DNA of 64,000 nt, from assembly GCA_030141605.1 (NCBI GenBank), contig JAQGDQ010000154.1, positions 62,001-126,000 of the forward strand. The letters run 5' to 3'. This document shows positions 55,000 to 64,000 of this stretch, one piece after another (within the stretch, counting starts at the first letter, position 1; each line of letters begins with the position of its first letter). The translations under genes were made by a program, and so were the position numbers. The notes under the pieces are model-generated. The model was not told the DNA's origin. It saw nothing but the letters and a program-made list of their open reading frames with translations, and did not search any database. The stretch comes from Tubiluchus corallicola (Eukaryota; Animalia; Priapulida).

Positions 55000-57060
55000 C
55001 TTCATTCTTCTACTGTCCTAGAAACATCTACACGTGCAGACACTGAGCTTTCACCATTTATTAAAGCACCTCTTTTTTCCTGCATGCAGCTGAAGTTTAA
55101 TTCCGACTCATGTGATGCCATTGTTAAGCTTGGTCTCAGCTGTTGTAGATATTTCTTAATGCTTAAGACATCCAATCTGTTTTTTATTTGTCTGGAGGTA
55201 GTTTGACAGCCTCGTTTTAGTGCCTTACTGATCTTACTGGCTTTCTTTCTGGTGATGTTATTATATCCCATACGCATCTTAATCAGCCTTTTGATATTAA
55301 TTCTAGTGCTCCAATGTTTCTCTTTGGTTCAGTTGTACAGCTGCTCATTTGAAACGACACAATTTATGTCCATTTTACTTATAAAATATGTGGATGCAGC
55401 TAACCCCACATTTCGCTATTATACATGAAGAAGCTACGTACATTATACATTGAAGAGCTACAACCTTGTTTTGAGGGATAGTTTTTTGCTGATTAGAATA
55501 TATTTATTTTAAATAAATGCAAACATTGCCTGTTGTTTCTTATTTTTGATATCAATAAGCTTTTGTGTTAAGTAGCCAGTGGAGGATACAGGCTTTAGAA
55601 AAAGGGTGGGCGCAACGAAAACGCAGCTAGGGAGTCTGGGGAACCCTGGCTACCAATGTATATTAGGCCATTTTCCTACTGTTTCCTCAAGCAAATTAAA
55701 TAGTTTAAAACTCATTAAGCCACCTCAAACGTTTGACTCTTAATTACACACCAATATATTGGTATACACATTAGTGTATAGCATATAATTGCGCACAGCG
55801 ATATCTTTGCCCAAAACTTCCATTATCACTTAAAGGGCACAAACGTTTTTACACTGAAATTAATAATGCAGAACTTTTTACTCGATTTAGGTCATTCAAA
55901 GCTACCACTAAACGTTCTAAAGCTTATAATCCAGAGAAAATATTCATTTGATGTGCTGTAACTACTACTATGAAAGGGTGGGCCCAAGCCCCTTGTAGCG
56001 ATCCTATTATTATACTTACATTTTTCCGAAGATTGGTCTCCATTTCTTGAAATGTTACCTCAGATAAGCTTTGTGAATGATAATTAAGACACCTGTCAAA
56101 TACGTGAAATTCAGCCTTAAAGATTAGTGCTACTTTATGCTGTAAAGTAGTTTGGCAATCATTTCTAACAACATTAAAAATATGAAACTAATTACTTGTA
56201 CCTTGTCTCCCAAACTTGAAGAATTTTGATCCAGTGGCAAATTTGTGTATTTGGCTTGGAAAATATGATATTTTCTGACAGGATATTAATCTGATTCTTT
56301 CTAAAATTTCCAGCCATCATATAGTTACATTACTTTAAACAAGCATCGACAATGTTTCATCATTACAATGTCTCTGTTTTACTGCCAAACAAATTTTATA
56401 GTGGCAGAAATCCTATATGACCAGAAAAAAACAATACACAACACAACTGACTTTACTTTCTCAATATATTTCAATGTCTGTTTGCAAGTAGCTTTTGTTG
56501 TACTGTAGAAGCCTGTCAGCTAAGCAGGGTTGATTGGCTCTGCTGGTTGGTTGATGTTTGCTGATTTAGTGTACTATTGATGCCTGTTTGGATTCTTGCC
56601 ATTTTTAGAGATCTTATTGCACAATATATTTCCTCTTCATTAAAAAATGGTTGCATGTCTACAGGTTCCAAATCAAGAAGTGTTTTAGAATTTGCAATAC
56701 TGAATGATTTTTTTAAAAATATTAACAATTATTTCAGCTACTTCTACTTCATCAGTTGTAGTGCATTATTCTAGAATTTTTATTTTTTGTTTATCTTCTT
56801 TACTCTACCGAAAATTAGTTATCAGCTAATATTCCTTTTTGTAAAATTTCGACAATAGTTATTAATAAAAATTTTATTACTGTTATTGGTAATTTCTAGT
56901 TTCTACTATTTTTCTTTCGGTTTATTTCTGTTAATATTCCTAAGAGCTTTAAACAGTCTAGTTGAATCTTCTCTAATTTACTCTGCGTCTTCAATGATTT
57001 TATGCTTTTAACAATCTTCTTTCAAACTTCATTCAACAGTTTACTTAATATCTCAATTTA
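55000..57060 (-). mobile_element. Highly degraded LINE (RT) remnant interrupted by other repeats
   Basis: Peptide PFFNEEEIYCAIRSLK (plus KNGK in the shifted frame) typical of the pre-RT region, FTYL-like motif near 56100, many stops and frameshifts. Confidence 0.5.
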
Positions 57061-57189
57061 TCTGTTTCTCAACTCTTGATGTTGTCGTGCGAGTCGCATT
57101 AATGTGCTGAATGAGAACGTGCCTTTCACGCCCGCAAGACATCCCGCATTGCTGATTTGGAAATCGTCGTCCCGTTAGAGACGGTAAAT

Positions 57190-57780
57190 ATTCCTTTTCA
57201 CATTTCGTGTTAATTGTGTAATTTTATTGTGCAAAAGTGCAAATTAACTTTTATAGGGGTATGACAATATTTTGCTTGATGATACTATGAATTATTTTTT
57301 CCTTACCTAATTTACGGAATATTGGCCAGGGGTTCAGCAAATACAATCACCTTGTAGTTGTAGCTACTTCACTTGTTTTAAAACAAAATAAGATCATAAA
57401 ACTTATCAGTTTTGCCGGATTTAGAGACCATGCAACACCATATTATAGCCAGCTAAAAATTTTAAACTCAAAGAATATTTACAAACTTAACCTGCAACAT
57501 CAAAATAGTGTGCACTTTTTTCCATGATTATTACAGAAAGAACTTCAAAATATTCACGATTATTTTACAAGGTTTGCCCATGGAAGAAACACAGGTTGTT
57601 CAAAGATTCAAAACAGCAAAGGCACAAAATTCAGTTAAATACCAAGGCTCCATACTTGTCATTCCCTCCCCCTAGAGCTAAAAACCAAGTCCTTAAGTTG
57701 CATGGTTCAAAATTATAAGGCGCTACTTATTTCTAGATATACATAATTATAACTGTTAGTACTGTAATACTAACTCTATT
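57190..57780 (+). mobile_element. Degraded CR1/L2-type LINE 3' fragment
   Basis: Frameshifted peptides such as FFLPYLIYGILARGSA and FRDHATPYYSQLKIL resemble CR1-type ORF2 C-termini. Confidence 0.55.
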
Positions 57781-58103
57781 TAATATGTTCACTTGAGTTG
57801 CCACAGTTTTCAATTAATACATTATGGACAAGTACGTTAAAGTCTTACCCACTTACTTTTAAGTATTTCCACTTATTTTCCTTAACTGTGTGTATTACTA
57901 AATATAACAGTAAGGTACATAAATGGATCCCTTAAACACAGAGACATTATCACAACCGTCAACTTAATGGTAATATTTTAAGTGGTGAGATGTAACCATA
58001 ACCAATGGGGGAGTGCTGGCGCAGTTGAAGCTATAGTGCTCTCACAAGAAACAGAAGAGATGCCAGTTGGAAATTTAACCAAAATATTGGATTATAAATT
58101 TTA

Positions 58104-58186
58104 AACCTAGCCACTGGGGGGGGGGGGGGGGCAAGCCAGCCCAACTCAGTGCCGGTCCCAAGCCCGGATAACAAGGGAGGGTTAGG
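58104..58186 (+). ncRNA. Twister ribozyme (type P1), 3' cleavage-product form lacking the 5' strand of P1
   Basis: AA(58104-5), P2 CCTA(58106-9), GC, P3 CACTGGG/CTCAGTG(58112-18/58145-51), P4 CCGG, loop TCCCAAGC, P4' CCGG, ATAAC, P2' AAGG(58173-76), GAGGG, P1' TTAGG. The core tgccggtcccaagcccggataa matches the canonical rice-type twister as I recall it. One P2 mismatch. Confidence 0.82.
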
Positions 58187-58600
58187 GTCAGGAAGGGCAT
58201 CCGCCTGTAAAAACTGCGCCAAAACCTTCTATGAATGAGTCGGTGAGACTTAAAGGTAAAGTCCACAAAGAAGTGGTCAGACCCGTTCTAATCTATGGGC
58301 TGGAAGCAGCTTCTCTAAAGAAGACTGAAGAGAAGAAAATGCGTGTGGTGGAGATGAGGATGTTGAGAAGGATGGTGGGAATAACAAGAAGAGATAAAAT
58401 TAGATATAATAATATCAGAGGAACAGTAAAAGTAGTGGACGCCTCGCAAGATTGCGATGGTATGGATACCTGAAAAGAAGAGTCGGTGAAGATCATGTGG
58501 GAAGGGAAGACATAAATGAACAGATGGTCAACAACAGGAATGCGTGGAGAAGACTCATTCACAATAGCGTCCCCGCATAGGGAAAAGCTGGGAAGAAGAA
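58104..58600 (+). mobile_element. Internally deleted non-autonomous RTE-clade retroelement with TSD
   Basis: RTE-type 5' region (...ggaagggcatccgcctgtaaaaactg) joined directly to a C-terminal ORF remnant (LKGKVHKEVVRPVLIYG...EMRMLRRMVGITRRDKIR...LRWYG) and a (GAA)n tail. Direct repeats attggattataaattttaaa (58086-58105) and attcgattataagttttaaa (58600-58619) match at 18/20. Confidence 0.88.
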
Positions 58601-59721
58601 TTCGATTATAAGTTTTAAAGCTGGTTACGTTATTTGTGTCTCACATGGTGATGTTCGTTTCTACTTATCTAACCACATAGAGTGTGGTGGTGTCACACCG
58701 CAGAAACTACAGAGCTTGCCGTTTGCTGCTTCAGGGATGGCTGATCTCGATCATACAATTAATGATCAGGCCTTGTCTAAAATTGCGATCAGGAAATGTA
58801 AAAAAAATTGAGAATCCCTTAACTGACAATCTTTGTTCAAAATTGAATACACCTTATGCTAAATTTAACTTTTAGTTATATTCCTGTTTTATCTTTAAGT
58901 GTGTTTAAAGTCAAAATTCTCCACTTTCTATTTCTCCACTACTCGCTCAGCCAGCTAACCTTACCACAAAAGCAACGAATTGTGAAATTTTAGCCACATG
59001 AAGTATAAACTATGGTGAATTGTTCGATAGTGCTCACTTAAACTAGTTGTTGTAATATACTGTTCCATGAAAACTTTGTTAACACATACTATGCTCAGGA
59101 ATTTTGTTAGAATATACTACCATCGATGGGCTTGGACATTTTGCTCAGAAGTATGTTCAACACTACTGATTGGCGCACTTCTGGATTACATCAATTGTGA
59201 GCCGAAATGATGGTTGGGAATTAGCACAGATAGCCCGAAAATTAGTTGAAACAAAGTAAAATGAATTTCGATTCATTATTGGTTGTAAATCACTCGTCAT
59301 TGGTTAACCACCAAACTGGTACAGTAGGTAAAGGAATTCACGTGGGCCCATGAAAGTAATGTTAAGATGTTTAGGTAGTAGCTGTCACAAAATGAAAATA
59401 TGTCACGCTCAGAGATCTCAACAGTCATGCTTGCAAATTGTTCCTGCGCATTGCACATGAATTATTTCTGGCAACCAACTGTACCGACTTAATATCTCCT
59501 AGATCGCTAAAAAATGTACCCAAGTGTTCAGCTAGCATAGCGACTTTACATCAGGATGTGTTTTATAAGTATTAGGTAATCAATTAATATGTGACTTTTG
59601 CGATATAAAAAAAATGGCTACAAAGCATTGTGGCATTTTGTGTGAGATACAAATCTTGCTGCTCGGTTAAAAATATCGTTGTTTTTGCAACTCAAATAGT
59701 GTCAAGTCATGCATTTCAGAT

Positions 59722-60790
59722 TAGTGATGGGCCGAGCCGCATTTTGCTCTTCACCTATATTGATCAATTACAATTCCGATAAAATATTCGGTATATCATT
59801 TTTAAACTATGTTGTCTAATCAGTTATTTTACGCATCAAACGATGTTATCCTCAGGACATCAATGACGAAACTTTGTTATTTACAGTGTTTCCTCACTTA
59901 TTGCAGGTGTTCCATTCCAGGCCCACCCGCGATAAGTGAATTTCCAAGAAGCAGGAACGCTATACTTATTTTAGTAGTTATACATTATTTTAAGTCTTTA
60001 TAAACTCTCCCCACACTCTTATACATAACCCTTTCCCATTCCCTTAATAACATTTCCCATACTGTACATGTACCTTTTAAAAAACTTTACTTAAATGTTC
60101 ACCACAGATGAAAACTACGCACATGCGATAGTCGGATGCTAACGTGAAATGGAAGAGCTGAGAGGGGGTAGCTGCGCACAGCAAAAGAAAACAAATTGCA
60201 CGTTACCCAAGCCTTTTAATGTTAGAATTAATATTTTTAATATATTTTCATACATTTTGTTATTTTTTATGCAAAATTCGTCAAATCTATACATTGCTGT
60301 ACAATACGTACTACGCCTGTGCAAAAATACTTTAGACGGAGTACCGCAAAAACCCGCGAAACAGCGAGTCCGCGATAAGCAAACCGCAAAGTAGCGAGGG
60401 AACACAATATTCTTAGTCATTTATCCTATTTTCGTGACTTTATTAGTTTTGTATTAGTAAAATATAACTAAATATATATATATATATAAAGTATTACTGG
60501 ATCACCAAAGCCTTGCTGAACTAGATAAATTATTGGTTTCCATGCTGAATGTGTTTGGCTAATGCCTCTTGAGCGTGGGATCTCATTGGGAAGGCAATTC
60601 AATGATATATGGTTGTTGCGTAACTTTTGTTATGAGTTCTAAATATTTTTTCTACATTGCTTTATAATTTCAGCTATTTTCATTATCGTGATCGGTTCTG
60701 CAGTTTACCAAACAGATCAATAGTTTAATGACGAGCCGATCGGAACTTGTTTATCGATCACCAATCACTGCCCTGCTCGGCCCATCACTA
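59722..60790. mobile_element. hAT-like non-autonomous element with a nested Tc1/mariner-like MITE (~59884-60406)
   Basis: Perfect 16-bp TIR tagtgatgggccgagc / gctcggcccatcacta; flanks tttcagat / ttttagac (6/8). Nested TA|cagtgtttcctcactta ... tagcgagggaacac. Confidence 0.75.
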
Positions 60791-63700
60791 TTTTAGACAG
60801 CATATGCAGATCACTGAAGTCTGAGCAGAGATTAGATTGAAAGTTATTTAAGAGTGCTGATCTCAGTGAGATTTTAGCCTGCGAAATGACAAACAACTTG
60901 AAATAAGCTACTTAACTATCGTGGAGATTCCAGTCATTAAATAGTCAAAAAAGTCATTCAATAGTAAATAAAGTTACTGTGTTTATGCATAAGTATCTGC
61001 TTTGTTTCTTTTCAGTAATTATTCAGTTATATATAGTTATATTTATATAACTATTAAACTAATATGTATATAGTTAATTAAACTACATGTATATTCTTTT
61101 TTCTGGATTATATAGAAAATGTCATAATTTTAAAAATTACTAATGTTTCCTAAATTAAACTGATAACATTAATGTCCACCAGTGTCTAAAAAATCTTTTT
61201 ATCTATATTCTGTAAAGGATAGCAGACTGGGTGACTTTATAGTCTTTTTGCTATCCTTTCTCAAGTTCTAGATCTATCTATACATTTTAACCATTCTTCG
61301 AAACTTATTAGAGATTCTTTTATTAATCATGTTTTATTGTAACACTATAAAGAGATAAATAAATTGAAATTGAATTGAATTATATCATACCTATCTTCAG
61401 AATCCGAAGCAAATTTGATGAGTTTACTTTTTTATTAGCATTAACGCAATTTAAACAAACTGATATGCTCTGTATTTGAAGAAATTTCTATAATATAAAA
61501 ATGGAGAATACGTTCAACTAAGAAATAGCTGATATGCCTTTCATTCATCTTACTTGGGGAAAAGGAGAAAAAATTAACTAGGTAACTCTGTAACTAGCTG
61601 TTAAAACTGTTAGTATTACAATAGCTGTGGGGCCTGATCAAGTGTGCACAAATGTGTTGTCTGGTACACTTAACCTTTGACCTTTTCACTATCATCATCA
61701 ATTGCTGGAACTGTGAAAAGGTTTATTATCTAGGAACTTGAACTCATAGTGAGGCATACAGTTGAGAGCAGTAAGAAACATTGGATATAGTACATGTGCT
61801 GTGCATAGATGTTGGTGACTGTAAGTATTACTGTTGATGATGTTGTTGTCATGGTGACTGGAGTGGTCATTGTCGAGCGTGCATCACTTTGCTTTTAATA
61901 CAACTGCATTGTTGGTGTGATCAATATTTTACGGGTTACTTTGATGTGAAAGACAGAACAACTAATATTTATGGCTTTCACATGAAAGCAGTCAAGCCCT
62001 ATTGTCTGCTATTGTGCAAAAATGTGTGACATCTAAATTAACAATGATCATGGCACAGCGACGTCAGAGCAGGTGCTTGCCCTATTCAGATGTGTGTCAA
62101 ACATGTCAGCTTCATGCTGCATTAGGCAACCAGAGTATTCATTAGGGTAGGTTCTCACTAATAATTTTGCTCGGCGTTACTTAAAGTGCTGCAAAACTGA
62201 CAAAAAACATTGAATGCTCAAGCATGTCATTTTTTTGAATATTCTGCAAGAACTTGACATAGTTACCATCTTAGACAGTAGGAGGCTCTCTCACCCCTGG
62301 TACATAATGCAACAACTCAACAGCATTGTCAATCGCCATGACAGTTATGTAGCAGTGGATGAACACCGCTTTTGTTATCAGTTAATAGTTTAGCGGCCAG
62401 TTTTCATATAAAATCCATAATTGAGAGTCAAATGCAAGTCCTCATAAACAAAAATCTAAATGGCCGTTACATTGCTATTCATAATGTTTTTCATGCTGTG
62501 CTGTTACTTGTACAACCAACTGTGAAGGTCTAACTTTTGGAATTTGCTCGTAAAGTAAGTCATGTGGCTATGCGTTTGTATATAAGATTTGTTGGTGCCG
62601 TATATCCTAGTGTTACTACAAGCAAAATATCGTCTGATGGTTAATTTTGATTTTGTATCAATTCACTAACCCTGCAGGCATGTTTTATGATGATTTTGGC
62701 ATTGTGTTCAGGACTGTTAAATCTTAAATTCACTGGTTTAGCTGCTTAAAAACCTGTATTCTAGTGTTCACTAGTTGCTCCTTGCTTTTACATTTATATT
62801 TTTGGTCGCAATGGGGTGTCTGTCAGTATCATGTTAGTCTAAATTAAGCATCAGTTTATCAGCTACAGTACTGCATTTAGTTGCTAGTATGATATGGCAC
62901 GTCACACTGCAAACATTAAATCTTTTATGATAGGTAGATCTGACTTTGACAGGTTAATTAAGCATGCAGTACTTTGCAATGTAAAGATGTAACATGTCAT
63001 GAATATTTGATAAGATATGTGAACTCTTTACCAATTCCATAATATATATTCATACAAAGTGCACTATTGGCATGTAAATGTACTTCTGTTTACACAGGCA
63101 TCACTGGTAACTTGTTCTGCTAAAGGTTATATCCTAGAGGCAGATGCAGTTAAATGCAATGTTTAAAATTTTAATGTTCCGTGTTTCAGGTCTTCCAGGG
63201 TTATGCAAAGCAAATTTGATTTTGAGTGCTAAGTACTTGTAATAGAAACTGAAGGGTGTGGTGTTGCAAAAATGTCCATTAGTTGGAGGAAACGCTGTAG
63301 GTAAGGGTTCATATATTATTGCTGAATTATTTTAACATTTCAATGAAAAAACTGGTTAGGCAGTTTTGCTACATTTTGAAGTTATTGAATATCACTTAAA
63401 ATTCACAGAATTGCTTTTGTTTAATTATAGCATTTGCTTTTTAATTTTATTTATCAATACCTTCTTTTGCATGTGTTTTTGTGTTGATGTGTTGAGGTCT
63501 ATAGCCATTGCAATTAGTATAATGTCCGGTTGAGAATTTTTCTAATATAACTTCATTTCACTGGTGAATGTTTCACAAATGCTTGTATTTGTGTTTGCAT
63601 ACAAGCCTATCCTGTCTGTAAAGTATAACTTGTCGTCGCTTGTTAGGAAGAGGCTAAAATTAGTGCAGTTTACAATAAGTTGAAGATCACGTGTTTTAAA

Positions 63701-63914
63701 TTATTACCAGGCAACTTTTTTTTACGTTATGTTATAGTGTTTAAACAAGTTATTAGTAATGAAAACAAATTATATTTTAAATGAAGACCAAAAATGTTAG
63801 TCATGGAGAGAGTCTGGTCTTAATATTTAAAACAAAATCGGGAACATGTCAAGGCATTATGCCATTTTGTTTAATGTTTTGCTGAATTAAAATATTTTGC
63901 TGAGAGGTTCGGAG

Positions 63915-64000
63915 AACAAGAATAGCCAAGTAATCACAGTGTGTGTTTGCTGACCGAAGTTAAGCAATGCAGAGACTGATCAGTGAATGGATAGGTGATC
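63915..64000 (+). mobile_element. tRNA-A-box/5S rRNA-derived SINE-like repeat; other copies at ~6932-7030, ~38905-39010 and ~47598-47703
   Basis: accgaagttaagcaa...agtgaatggataggtga is colinear with 5S box A/IE/box C; preceded ~34 nt upstream by tagccaagt instead of the 5S 5' stem. Confidence 0.6.

Larger units (their letters stand above)
37477..55132. repeat. Tandem segmental duplication: unit 1 ~37477-45806, unit 2 ~45807-55132
   Basis: Sequence from 37499 (gtctaattctttctagcataca...) recurs at 45825; sequence ending 45809 (...attaagcttg) recurs ending 55132. The units are colinear, with copy-specific indels. Confidence 0.92.

Noticed and set aside
56725-56760. Minus-strand CTGATGA...GAAA
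   Set aside because: Lies in LINE coding remnant (TDEVEVAEII); no pairing stems.
61740-62520. Possible degraded coding sequence
   Set aside because: Multiple stops in the frames examined and no motif I could recognise.

Overview
AT-rich, intron-containing eukaryotic (invertebrate-like) DNA; no prokaryotic operons or CRISPR. Four protein-coding genes can be assembled by hand from phase-compatible splice sites: a complete presenilin (minus strand, 4631-21167, with two candidate alternative first coding exons), ACBD3/GCP60 head-to-head with it (plus strand, 24164-36445, one GC-AG intron), and two tandem paralogs encoding secreted PAN/apple + fibrinogen-related domain proteins (minus strand, 40209-44285 and 49028-54144) inside an ~8.3/9.3-kb tandem duplication. 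The rest is introns and intergenic DNA with many non-autonomous TIR elements, LINE fragments, a tRNA/5S-like SINE family and minisatellites. Highlights: a ~0.5-kb internally deleted RTE retroelement whose 5' end is a twister ribozyme starting at the predicted self-cleavage site, flanked by a 20-bp TSD (58086-58619); a decayed Penelope-type minimal hammerhead (903-951); near-exclusively nonsynonymous divergence in the ligand-binding exon of the FReD paralogs; and two presenilin N-termini that each carry an acidic dileucine motif. All models were read by eye and have no transcript support.
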